From an uncultured delta proteobacterium (GTDB lineage Bacteria > Desulfobacterota > Binatia > Binatales > Binataceae), in assembly GCA_963765675.1 (NCBI GenBank), contig CAVXXK010000014.1, positions 128,001 through 192,000 on the forward strand: a stretch of DNA of 64,000 nt. Reading direction: 5' to 3'. The position numbers and the translations under genes are program-made. The notes beneath the pieces were generated by a model. The model saw only the letters and a program-made list of their open reading frames with translations, did no database searches and was not told the DNA's origin. How positions within the stretch are numbered: the first letter of the stretch is position 1; each line of letters starts with the position of its first letter. Below are positions 38,225-48,437 of this stretch, one piece after another.

Positions 38225-38635
38225 TCAGGCGAGCGCGCGCAGGCGCAGCTCTTTGGCCTGGCTGCGAATCGGCTCGGGCAGCGCGACCGTCGTCGCGTCA
38301 ACCCAGGTCCGCTCCAGCCGATAGAACTCTCGCGCCGGCTCGTAAAAGATGTGCACCACCAGGTCGTCGTAGTCGAGCACGATCCAGTGCGCATGCTTGA
38401 CGCCTTCGACCGAGAGCGGACGAATCTTGCTCTTCTGCATCCGCTCCTCGATCCCGCGCGCGATCGCCTGGACCTGTACGTCCGAGCGCCCGGTCGCAAT
38501 CAGAAAGTAATCCGCGATCGACGACAGATGTTCAGACTCGAGTACGACCAGGTCGTAGGCCTTCTTTTCCAGGGCCGCTTCGGCGGCGGCTATCGCCTTG
38601 GTGAGTGAATCCACGCTTGCGGGGTTGTCCCTCAA
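38225..38635 (-). CDS. rsfS: ribosome silencing factor
   Basis: DYFLIATGRS..QVQAI and WIVLDYDDLVVHIF...REFYRLE. Confidence 0.95.
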   Translation of the reverse strand: MRDNPASVDSLTKAIAAAEAALEKKAYDLVVLESEHLSSIADYFLIATGRSDVQVQAIARGIEERMQKSKIRPLSVEGVKHAHWIVLDYDDLVVHIFYEPAREFYRLERTWVDATTVALPEPIRSQAKELRLRALA

Positions 38636-39270
38636 AAGAGCTGATGGCGATTGATATAGTCCAGCACATCGCCGGGTACGAGGTAGTTGATCGAACGGCC
38701 GCGCTGTATTTTGCGGCGAATCGCCGTGGCGGAAATGGAAAGGACAGTCGTGGCTACGAATGAAAGCGTTTGTCCGCTCGGGTTCACGTAGTGATCGTCT
38801 GCCTTAATGTAGCCAAACCTTTTCAGCGCGGCAAGCGAGAAACGCGGCTGACCCTCCGCGCCCTCGGGCATCCGCGTGTGGACGACGATGTTGCACAGCG
38901 ACGCCATCTCGTCGCAGCTTTTCCATGTGTCGAGCTCTGCAAACTGGTCCGCGCCCATCAGCAAATAGAGCGTCGCCGGCTGGCGCAGGGTCGCCAGAAA
39001 AAACTTGACCGTATCGATCGTGTAGGAGCTGCCACCGCGCCGCATCTCGACGTCGGAGACCATGAAGTGCCGATTGCCCTTGGTCGCCAGCCGCACCATC
39101 TGCAGGCGATGCTCGGCAGGAGCAAGCTCGCCCTCGGACTTGTGCGGCGGTGATGCGGCCGGGATGAAGTACACGAGGTCGAGTTCCAGCGCCTCGCGGA
39201 CTTCTTCCGCCGAGCGCAGATGCCCGAAATGAATCGGGTTGAAGCTGCCGCCGAACAGCCCTACTCGCAT
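38632..39270 (-). CDS. nadD: nicotinate-nucleotide adenylyltransferase
   Basis: GGSFNPIHFGHL, SYTIDT, MGAD and ISATAIR. Confidence 0.96.
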   Translation of the reverse strand: MRVGLFGGSFNPIHFGHLRSAEEVREALELDLVYFIPAASPPHKSEGELAPAEHRLQMVRLATKGNRHFMVSDVEMRRGGSSYTIDTVKFFLATLRQPATLYLLMGADQFAELDTWKSCDEMASLCNIVVHTRMPEGAEGQPRFSLAALKRFGYIKADDHYVNPSGQTLSFVATTVLSISATAIRRKIQRGRSINYLVPGDVLDYINRHQLF

Positions 39271-39291
39271 CGCGTTTTCTCGCGCACCCGG

Positions 39292-40545
39292 CTAACCGCG
39301 CACCTGTCCGGAACCGTGGATCACGTATTTGTAGGTTGTCAGTTCCGCCAGGCCCATCGGCCCGCGCGCGTGCAGGCGGTTGGTCGAGATTCCGGTTTCT
39401 GCCCCGAAGCCGAACTCGAAGCCGTCGGTGAAGCGGGTCGATGCATTCACGTAAACCGTAGCCGAATCGACCTCATGCTGAAAGCGCGCGGCCGCGGCAG
39501 CGTCGCGCGTTACGATCGCGTCTGCCAGATGCGACCCGTGGCGCTCGATAAACGCGATTGCCTCGTCGAGCGAATCGACAATCTTAATCGACAGGATCAG
39601 ATCCAGATACTCGGTGTCCCAGTCCTCGGGCTTGGCCGCCCGCGCTTCACGCACGATCGCGCGCACATGCTCGTCGCCGCGAATCTCGACCCCGGCTTTT
39701 TTCATCCGCGCCGCGAGCGCTGGCAGAAAACTCGCCGCGGCACCGCGATGCACCAGCAACGTCTCCATCGCGTTGCACACCGACGGACGGCTGCATTTCG
39801 CGTTGAAGCAAATCTCCTCGGCCATCTTCAGATCCGCAGACGCATCGACGTACGTGTGGCAGATCCCGTCGAAATGCGTGACCAGCGGAACCGCCGAGCC
39901 TTCGAGTGCGGCTTTGAGTTGCGCGCCACCGCGCGGAATTATCAGGTCGAGCGCCTCGCTGCTGCGTTTGAGAATCTGCACGATCTCGCGATCCGGATTG
40001 TCGATGAACATCGCCGCCGAGGGGTCGAGCCCGGTCTCGCCGAGCGCGCGCGCGATCAGGCTCGCAAGGCTCGCGTTGCTGCTGAGCGCCTCCTTTCCGC
40101 CGCGCAGCACGACCGCGTTGCCGGCCTTGAAGCATAGCGCGGCCGCGTCGACGGTGACGTTGGGCCGCGACTCGTAGATGACCGCGACGAGGCCGATCGG
40201 CACGCGCCGCTTTTCGATCTTGAGACCGTTCGGCCGCTGCCACGAGTCGATCGTTACGCCGACGGGATCGGGCAGCGCCGCAACTTCGTCAACCCCGCGG
40301 GCGATCGCCTCGATCCGATCATCGTTCAGCGTCAGCCGCTCGACGAACGCGCCGCCGCGCCCCTCGCGATGCGCGCGTTCCAGATCGATTCGATTCGCGG
40401 CCAGGATCGCCGGTTTGGATTTCCGGATCATCGCCGCCAGCGTCGCGAGCGCCGCATTCTTCTGCTCGGTCGAAGCGAGCGCGATCTTGCGTGCGGCCGC
40501 GCGTGCGGCAGCCAGAATCGCGGCGACATCAGTTTCCAGGCTCAT
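39292..40545 (-). CDS. proA: gamma-glutamyl phosphate reductase
   Basis: YESRPNVT, VCNAMETLL, NASTRFTDG and LHARGPMGL. Confidence 0.97.
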   Translation of the reverse strand: MSLETDVAAILAAARAAARKIALASTEQKNAALATLAAMIRKSKPAILAANRIDLERAHREGRGGAFVERLTLNDDRIEAIARGVDEVAALPDPVGVTIDSWQRPNGLKIEKRRVPIGLVAVIYESRPNVTVDAAALCFKAGNAVVLRGGKEALSSNASLASLIARALGETGLDPSAAMFIDNPDREIVQILKRSSEALDLIIPRGGAQLKAALEGSAVPLVTHFDGICHTYVDASADLKMAEEICFNAKCSRPSVCNAMETLLVHRGAAASFLPALAARMKKAGVEIRGDEHVRAIVREARAAKPEDWDTEYLDLILSIKIVDSLDEAIAFIERHGSHLADAIVTRDAAAAARFQHEVDSATVYVNASTRFTDGFEFGFGAETGISTNRLHARGPMGLAELTTYKYVIHGSGQVRG

Positions 40546-41691
40546 CCGATTTCCTTCAGCAGCACAAAATTATCGCGATGAATAATCTCGTCGGCCAGCT
40601 TGTAGCCGAGCAAACTCGCGATCTCGGCCGACCGCCGCCCCATCAGCTTGAGTACATCGGCGGCCGGATAGTTGACCAGCCCGCGTCCGAACTCGACGCC
40701 TTCCGGATCGAGCAGGCTCACGCATTCGCCCGGCGCGAACTCGCCCCGCACCTCGCGGATTCCCGAGGGCAGCAGGCTGCGCCCTCGAGTGCGCAGCGCG
40801 TCGGCCGCGCCGCGATCGACGGCGAGCGCGCCGGCAGGGCGCAGCGCGAAGGCAATCCAATGCTTGCGGCTCTTGAGCTTCGCGCCCGCCGGAACGATCA
40901 GCGTGCCGCACTCGCGCTCAGCATCGAGCACCGCGGCGAGCACGCCCGCCTCGCGCCCGGGCGCGATCACCGACGCGATTCCGGCGCGCGCCGCCTCGCG
41001 CGCCGCGCGCAGCTTCGTCACCATCCCGCCGCCGCTGCCCAGCGGCCCCGAGCCCTCGGCGACGAGCCCGCTCATCGCGGCTTCCGGATCGGTGATGAGC
41101 GCGATCAGCCGCGCGTCGGCGCGCTTGTGCGGATCTCCAGTCAGAACGCCAGGCCACGTCGCTCAGCATCACGAGCATCCCGGCTTGCACCAGAGTCGCG
41201 ACCAGCGAGGACAGGAAATCATTGTCGCCCAGGCGGATCTCTTCGACGGCGACGGTGTCATTTTCGTTCACGATCGGGATCACGCCCGCCGCGAGCAGCG
41301 CCGTGATCGTCGCACTCGCGTTCTGGCGGCGGCGGCGCTCGGCCAAATCCTGATGCGTCAGCAGAAGCTGCGCGACGGTTCGTCCATGAGCGCCGAACGC
41401 GCGCGCCCACTGACCCATCAGCTCGATCTGTCCGGCGGCGGCCGCGGCCTGGCGCACCGCGATCGTTGCGCCGTGAAGTTTTTTAAGCCGCGCGCGTCCG
41501 GCCGCGACCGCGCCCGAGGTCACGACGATCACCTCGCGTCCGGCGGCGATCGCGGCGTCGATATCGGCGGCCAGGCGATCGATCACGTCGGCGCGAAGCC
41601 CGTCGGCGTCCGAGAGCACGGCGCTCCCGACCTTGACCACGATCCGCTTCACGCGTGGCAGAATTTGCGCCTTGTAATTTAGCTGGGACAT
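40542..41691 (-). CDS. proB: glutamate 5-kinase, split by a +1 frameshift at about 41154
   Basis: VVKVGSAVL, TSGAVAAG and NENDTV..GDND in one frame; GGMVTKL and the PUA domain (EIIHRDN) in the next. Confidence 0.93.
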
Positions 41692-42695
41692 ACGGCCGAA
41701 ACGGGTTCGAGGGTCGAGAGCGCGCGGGCGATCTCCGCGATGAGCGGCTTGAGGCCGAGGCTTTTTTCCGCCGAAATCGCGAAGGTCGGCAGACCGAGTT
41801 TGCGCCCGAGCTCGCGCGCGGATTTGCGCGCTTCCTTGTCGCTTAAAAGATCGATCTTGTTGAGCGCGATCACGGCCGGCCGTTCGAGCAGCGCCGGATC
41901 GAATGCGCCAATCTCCGCGCGCACGGTCTCATACGCCTGCGCGGGATTTTCCGAAGCATCGAGCACGTACACCAGCATCCGCGTGCGCGCCAGATGCCGC
42001 AAAAAACGGATTCCGAGACCGTGTCCGAGATGCGCTCCCTCGATCAGGCCGGGAATATCGGCGAGCGTGAAGCTCTCTTCGTCGGAAATAAATACGCGCC
42101 CGATATTCGGCGCGAGCGTGGTGAAAGGATAGGCGGCGATCTTCGGCCGCGCCGCGCTGAGCGCCGTGAGCAACGTCGATTTTCCGGCGTTCGGCAGCCC
42201 GACCAATCCCGCCTCGGCGACGAGCCGCAGTTCGAGCCGCACCCATCGCTGAATGCCCGGAGTTCCCGGAGTCGCGATTCGCGGCGAGCGGCGCGTCGAG
42301 CTGACGAAGTGCATGTTGCCGCGTCCGCCTTCTCCGGCCTGCGCGATCGTCGCGCGCGACCCCGGCATCACGAGGTCCGCGAGCGTTTCGCCGGTCTCGT
42401 CGTCGAACGCGACCGTTCCCGGCGGCACTTTGACGATCAGGTCCGCGCCGGCTTTGCCGTACTGTTGCTTGCCGCGGCCCGATTCGCCGTCGCGCGCGAC
42501 CAGGCGCGGCTGATATTTGAAATCGAGCAACGTCGAGAGGCCTTCATCGACTTCGAGGATCACGCTGCCGCCGCGGCCGCCGTCGCCGCCCGAGGGACCG
42601 CCAAAGGGGCGATACTTTTCGCGCAGAAATGCGATCGCGCCATTGCCGCCTTTGCCCGCGTGTACGAACACTCGCGCTTCGTCGATAAACCGCAT
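41679..42695 (-). CDS. obgE: GTPase ObgE
   Basis: MRFIDE, GGPSGGDGGRGG, GLPNAGKS, YPFTT, DIPG and NKID. Confidence 0.96.
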   Translation of the reverse strand: MRFIDEARVFVHAGKGGNGAIAFLREKYRPFGGPSGGDGGRGGSVILEVDEGLSTLLDFKYQPRLVARDGESGRGKQQYGKAGADLIVKVPPGTVAFDDETGETLADLVMPGSRATIAQAGEGGRGNMHFVSSTRRSPRIATPGTPGIQRWVRLELRLVAEAGLVGLPNAGKSTLLTALSAARPKIAAYPFTTLAPNIGRVFISDEESFTLADIPGLIEGAHLGHGLGIRFLRHLARTRMLVYVLDASENPAQAYETVRAEIGAFDPALLERPAVIALNKIDLLSDKEARKSARELGRKLGLPTFAISAEKSLGLKPLIAEIARALSTLEPVSAVCPS

Positions 42696-42824
42696 CGCAG
42701 TGACCGGATTATAGCAGGCCACTGCGGCATGAAGCGCGCGGCCGCATCAGCAAAAAACCGACCTAACCCCTGACCCCTTCCCGCACGGGAAGGGGAACGA
42801 TCTTCTCGCAGACGCTGTTTGGGT

Positions 42825-42876
42825 GTCATCCTGGCCGCCAGGTGAAGGATCTCCGCGAAGCGATTAGTGCAACCAA
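42825..42876. repeat. REP-like half element GTCATCCTG...GAAGGATCTCCGCGAAGCGATTAGTGC
   Basis: Same sequence family as 47838, 50497 and the reverse complement at 22190. Confidence 0.8.
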
Positions 42877-42968
42877 CATGGCTTTTCGCATCCAGTCTCG
42901 ACGGGAGACGGGCGGCTCGTGAGGGGGAGTGTGTACTTAACGTAATTGGCGTTCAGGATCGCGTTCTT

Positions 42969-43461
42969 ATGCCGAATAGAACGTCGATCATTCTTGGTGC
43001 ACTGGCCGTCGCAGTCGGCCTCATTGGTGCAGCCGTGAATCTCGGTAACTTCACCAATGTCACCACTGCTGGGGGTCTGATCGCGTTTGCTATTTCGCTG
43101 GCTCTGCTAGCGATTGGCCTTGGGATTCAACCTTATCTGAAGCGAATCGTGCTTCGTTCACGAATCCGGCTTCTTCCAGCGCATTTGGTAGCACCGCCAT
43201 CTCCACGGTGGACAAATTGGAAGGTGAATTTATTCGATTCGCGATGCGTTCGCGGAAGCCGATGCGGCTTTCAATGTGTTGCGCAGCGTCTACGAGTACA
43301 ACGAACTAGTCACTGTGCGGAAGGGCATGCGCAATGTTCTTGATATGGGGCCACATCCCTTCATAGTCACGAGAACAGTAGAGGAGCAGTATGCGGTCGC
43401 AAAACGCAGTGTGTGGAAGGCGATGAACGAATTTATCGAAATACATCGGCAGCTAGGTTGA
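42969..43461 (+). pseudogene. AT-richer membrane-anchored hypothetical gene, apparently split; possible IS passenger
   Basis: Two TM helices at 42969-43140 plus an overlapping ORF at 43276-43461. Confidence 0.4.
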
Positions 43462-43612
43462 AGTCATTTGGCCAACCGCCTTGGGGACGTTTTTTCGCCA
43501 CAGCCTTCTTTATCGCGTCCTTCCAGTTGCCTTCGATCTTGAGGACTTCGGGTTTTGGCCCCGGATGCTTACGCGCTTTCGGCTTCGACGCTTTCCCTGA
43601 TTTGATCGGCAT
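43433..43612 (-). CDS. small basic protein (59 aa) overlapping the 3' end of the IS1595 transposase
   Basis: MPIKSGKASKPKARKHPGPKPEVLKIEGNWKDAIKKAVAKKRPQGGWP...; below the ORF-track cutoff. Confidence 0.55.
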   Translation of the reverse strand: MPIKSGKASKPKARKHPGPKPEVLKIEGNWKDAIKKAVAKKRPQGGWPNDFNLAADVFR

Positions 43613-44312
43613 AAGTTAAACGCTTCCCATTAGCGTTGCGGATGGCAAGCGCGGTGCGCTCGCCATCGTCAATCCTACGCGCATTGTAGCGGAAATCGAA
43701 TTCTCCCAAGTACCGATGCAGATGCTTCTTGCTGACGCTGTGGAACGTACCGTACAGGCCACGCTTGAGCAGCGAGAAAACGCTTTCAATCGTATTGGTC
43801 GTAACGTCGCCGCGCACGTATTCTTCGGCGTTGTGGTTAACGAAATCGTGCCGCGCAAATGGCTTACCGAGGAAACCGTACAGGTTGAATGAGTCCGTCA
43901 TGATCCGAGAACGAGATCAACGTTCTCCAAAAGAACCTTGCGGAGATTTCCTTCGTAACTCTGTCCATAACAAAGGAACGAACATCGCCGTTGCGCTGCA
44001 CCATCGCGAACACCGGCACCTTTCCCTTCCAGCCTAGATTCTTCGGATTGCGCTGGCTCAGCGGTTTGTTTTTTTCCTTTCCGCGAACATAGGTTTCGTC
44101 AGCTTCCACGATTCCGCTCAGCTTCGGCTTTGGCGTAAATTCGTCGCTCATCGCGAAGCGAATGCGATGCATCATGAACAACGCCGATTTGTATGAGAGT
44201 CCAGTCATACGCTGAATCTGTTTGCTGCTGACCCCCTTCTTGCTCGCAGCCGCAGCCCAAAAGCCGTAACACCAGTGGCGAAGCGGGATGCAGCGAATCT
44301 TCAAGTTCGGTG
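43569..44312 (-). mobile_element. IS1595-family transposase remnant (frameshifted, 5'-truncated)
   Basis: KKGVSSKQIQR..GLSYKSALFMMHRIR, VEADETY, MTD, VNH...EYVRGDVTTNTIE and LHRYLGEFDFRYN; N-terminal zinc ribbon absent. Confidence 0.9.
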
Positions 44313-44475
44313 CCTTCGGCCTCGCTCAGGACAGGCTCTCGCGCGGCAGCCGGAGCCTGCCCTGAGCCTGCCGAAGGGCGCGGGAGATGACAATGGGACC
44401 TTTCTTAGGAGTGGCGCGTCGCGACGCGCCCGTCTTCTCTTAGGAGTGGCGCGTCGCGACGCGCCCGTCTTCGCA
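44312..44475. repeat. composite REP element plus a 35-bp tandem duplication containing an 18-bp palindrome
   Basis: 44312-44400 is nearly identical to the reverse complement of 22332-22418; tcttaggagtggcgcgtcgcgacgcgcccgtcttc occurs twice. Confidence 0.85.
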
Positions 44476-44629
44476 CGCCGATGACCCATCGCAGGATGAC
44501 GACAACCTAGGATTTGTTTCTGCGGTTGTCATTTCCCCGCGTGGCTGCCGCCGCGCGAGGAGGAAGAAGTCAGTTGAGCGACGCGCAGACAGCCGAACCG
44601 ATCACGTAATGGTATAAGTCCTCCTCCCT

Positions 44630-45178
44630 AACTGAAAAGCGATCTGACTGCTTCAAACAACGGCGACGGCGTAGAGGCTAGGGCATCTCTATTTACGAAA
44701 ACATCGCCATTATAAGTTGACACCAAGCCATGAACCTTGACGAACACCTCATGCCCCTGAGTCATCGCACGGCTAACTGAAAGAGCATCTCCGAGTTGGG
44801 ACCGCAGATCACGTTGTACTTATAGCAAATCATTCTTTGAATTGGTCGCCACTAGGTCGGTATCTCAACACCTTCAGGAATTCCGAGAGTTCTTCGAGCA
44901 CGGAATTGACGGAGCTCCCCTCTCGCACCTTGAGAAAAGGATAGACTTGAGAGTGTTCCGACGCGCTGCTCAGCCAGATGTCACCGTCTGTCGGTGCGCG
45001 GCGATCGAAATCTCGAACCCGGATTGTAACCACTTTCTCGGTATCGGAGGAGATGAAACCCAGAATCCTCCCCCAAAGTTCGACCGACGAGGAAACAAAG
45101 GGTCGATATTTGGGTGCGCCGGCAAATTATCCGAGCCTGCACCTCAGCGAACTTTTTCTTCACATCCCATCGCCACAA
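44630..45178 (-). pseudogene. AT-richer fragmented ORF remnant of unknown function
   Basis: Short interrupted minus-strand frames after a GGAGGG RBS; composition differs from the flanks. Confidence 0.35.
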
Positions 45179-45248
45179 CGCCCTCCTGTAGACTAATCTG
45201 ATGGCGACGGGTCTGTCAAGCCGGTCGATTCGAGAATTCCAAAGCCAA

Positions 45249-46277
<1,029 letters not shown>

Positions 46278-46344
46278 CGGGGTTCCTCCTCGCAAGGCGA
46301 ATGGTCGCGAGCCAGCACAGTCAACCTCAGTCCGCCAGAAAATG

Positions 46345-46376
46345 AAAAGCCCCGCGCATGATGCGCGAGGCTTCTC
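46345..46376 (-). terminator. Rho-independent terminator after rpmA
   Basis: Minus strand aagcctcgcgcatcatgcgcggggctt followed by ttcattttct. Confidence 0.65.
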
Positions 46377-46415
46377 GAATCTTCGATTCTTGCGGCAGCT
46401 AAACGCGAAGGCTGC

Positions 46416-46678
46416 TCAGACTGCGCGGGATGCGGCTCGACGCTGACCTGGCGCTTTTCGCCCTTGGGCTCGTACTTCGTGACGCCGTCGATCTTGGCGT
46501 AGATCGTGTAGTCGCGGCCCATCCCGACGTTGCGCCCCGGATGAATCCGCGTGCCGCACTGGCGCACGAGAATATTGCCGGCCTTCACGGTCTGTCCGGC
46601 GTAAATTTTGATTCCGCGACGCTGGCCCGGGCTGTCGCGGCCGTTGCGCGTGGAACCTTGTCCTTTTTTGTGCGCCAC
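46416..46678 (-). CDS. rpmA: 50S ribosomal protein L27 (3' end probably affected by an indel)
   Basis: [16 protein letters not shown]...ILVRQ.GT...NVGMGRDYT; the annotated frame runs on through the terminator to 46268. Confidence 0.93.
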
Positions 46679-46741
46679 GGCGTTCTCCTTTCAAGAAAGC
46701 GGCGCCCGAGGCGCCGCGAGTTTGATTACAAATCAGACGGG

Positions 46742-47056
46742 CTATGCGCCCGCGGAAATTTCCTCGATCTTGAGGACGGTCAGTTCCTGGCGATGTCCGC
46801 GCTTGCGCCGGTAGTTCTTGCGCCGCTTCTTCTTGAACACGATCACCTTGGTGCCCCGCGGTTGCTGCACGATCTTCGCGCGAACCGCCGCTCCCGCGAT
46901 CGTCGGAGTGCCGACCTGAGGAGCGTCGCCGCCGAGCGCGAGCACGTCGGTCAAAGAAATCTGCGCGCCGACATCGCCCTCGAGCCGTTCGACGACGATC
47001 TGGTCGCCGACCCCGACGCGGTACTGTTTTCCGCCAGTCTTTAAGATTGCAAACAT
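46742..47056 (-). CDS. rplU: 50S ribosomal protein L21
   Basis: [12 protein letters not shown]...[16 protein letters not shown]. Confidence 0.98.
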   Translation of the reverse strand: MFAILKTGGKQYRVGVGDQIVVERLEGDVGAQISLTDVLALGGDAPQVGTPTIAGAAVRAKIVQQPRGTKVIVFKKKRRKNYRRKRGHRQELTVLKIEEISAGA

Positions 47057-47143
47057 GCTTGTGCCAGAACCGTCTTAATTATCGGACCGCCCCCAGCCTG
47101 TCAACGTATCGACGGGTCCGAGCGCGAGAGAGATTACGCCAAC

Positions 47144-47683
47144 TCAGTCGAGCCCCAAGCGTTCGCGGCCTTCGGGCGAGATCATTTGCGGGGTCCACGG
47201 CGGATCCCACACCAGATCGACGTCGGCTTCGGAGACTCCCGGCAGAGTCATCAGCTTGTTCTTCGCGTCGTAGGCGATCGATGCGCCCATGCCGCAGCCT
47301 TGCGCGGTCAGCGTCATCTTCACTTCGACTTTGCGCGTGCCGTCGGGCTGGTCTTTGACTTCCATCCCATAGACCAACCCAAGGTCAACAATATTGACCG
47401 GGATCTCCGGATCGAAGCAGGTCTTGAGCTGATCCCAGACCATCGATTCGAGATCGCTGCCCCCGCCCGCCTGCGCACCACCCGCATCAGTGGGAGTCTT
47501 GCCGATAGCGTCGGCGTCTTTGCCCGCGATACGAAAAAGTCCGCCATGAGCAGGCACCTGGACGGTGAACGTCCCGCCGAGCGACTGGGTGATATAGGCC
47601 TCGATACCTTTTTCGAGCGTGGTCTTGATGCCGGCCGGAATCTGCACTGCCTCGACATCACGCGCAATCAGAACTGGTTCCAT
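47144..47683 (-). CDS. sufT: Fe-S cluster assembly protein SufT (DUF59)
   Basis: ITQSLGGTFTV, FRIAGKDADA, DPEIPVNIVDLGLVY, MTLTAQGCGM and WDPPW. Confidence 0.93.
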   Translation of the reverse strand: MEPVLIARDVEAVQIPAGIKTTLEKGIEAYITQSLGGTFTVQVPAHGGLFRIAGKDADAIGKTPTDAGGAQAGGGSDLESMVWDQLKTCFDPEIPVNIVDLGLVYGMEVKDQPDGTRKVEVKMTLTAQGCGMGASIAYDAKNKLMTLPGVSEADVDLVWDPPWTPQMISPEGRERLGLD

Positions 47684-47753
47684 CGATAATTTCCTCTTGG
47701 TTTGAAATTCAATTGTAGACCGCTCGTCCCGTCGGCGCCACTCGCGATGGCTG

Positions 47754-48059
47754 ATTGACGCTTCGCGTCGCCGGCGAGCCGCCGGCCACCACTGGCAGAT
47801 GAGGGATATCGATTTTCTTGCAAGCACACCGATTGCAGTCATCCTGAGCCGCAGGCGAAGGATATCCGCGAAGCGATTAGTGCAACCAATCTGGGCTATC
47901 TGCACGAATCGCCACGCGGAGATCCTTCACGGAGCCTGCCCTGAGCTGCGCCGAATGGTTCAGGATCACGGAAGGAGTCAGGATGCGGTGGTCGGACTTG
48001 CCGAAGCCTCTTGTCTGCCAGTGGCGGCCGGCGGCTCGCCGGCTACGCGAAGCGTCAAT
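47754..48059. repeat. nested inverted-repeat element (~306 bp)
   Basis: Outer 46-bp IR at 47754-47799 and 48014-48059 (44/46 identical) encloses an inner REP hairpin at 47838-47969. Confidence 0.85.
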
Positions 48060-48437
48060 TCTCGAATGTCCGACAGGCAGGGCCGAATAGCAGGTTTTCT
48101 GAATTTTACAAGGCTGAGCAGTTCAGCCTTGTTTTCACCATCCGTCCTTGCAGAATAGAAGGCACGGAGATGCCGCAAGAGCGGCAAGGCGTCCTGTAGC
48201 CATTAATCACGGCAAACGAAGAAAAGGCGGAAGAAGATTACGAAGCCACTTCATCAACCGGATTAACCAGCATTTATGCCAACAATCCGAAACTCAACGA
48301 TCGGAAACTCCCTGAACGAACCCATGCGCCTAACGGTGTTCTATCAGCCTTACGCGGCCATGAACCTTCGATGCATTGCCGTTCCGGCTCTCGCGATGCT
48401 AAAGCGAAGATGCGACGAAGGTGATGAGGCAGGGTGG

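Noticed and set aside
41140-41165. Programmed frameshift in proB
   Set aside because: No slippery sequence; matches the window-wide +1 error pattern
42924-42950. ggggagtgtgtacttaacgtaattggc as an IS1595 terminal inverted repeat
   Set aside because: It resembles such ends only from memory; no partner repeat was found and the orientation is unclear
44403-44472. Possible CRISPR mini-array
   Set aside because: The two 35-bp copies abut with no spacer, and no cas genes are present
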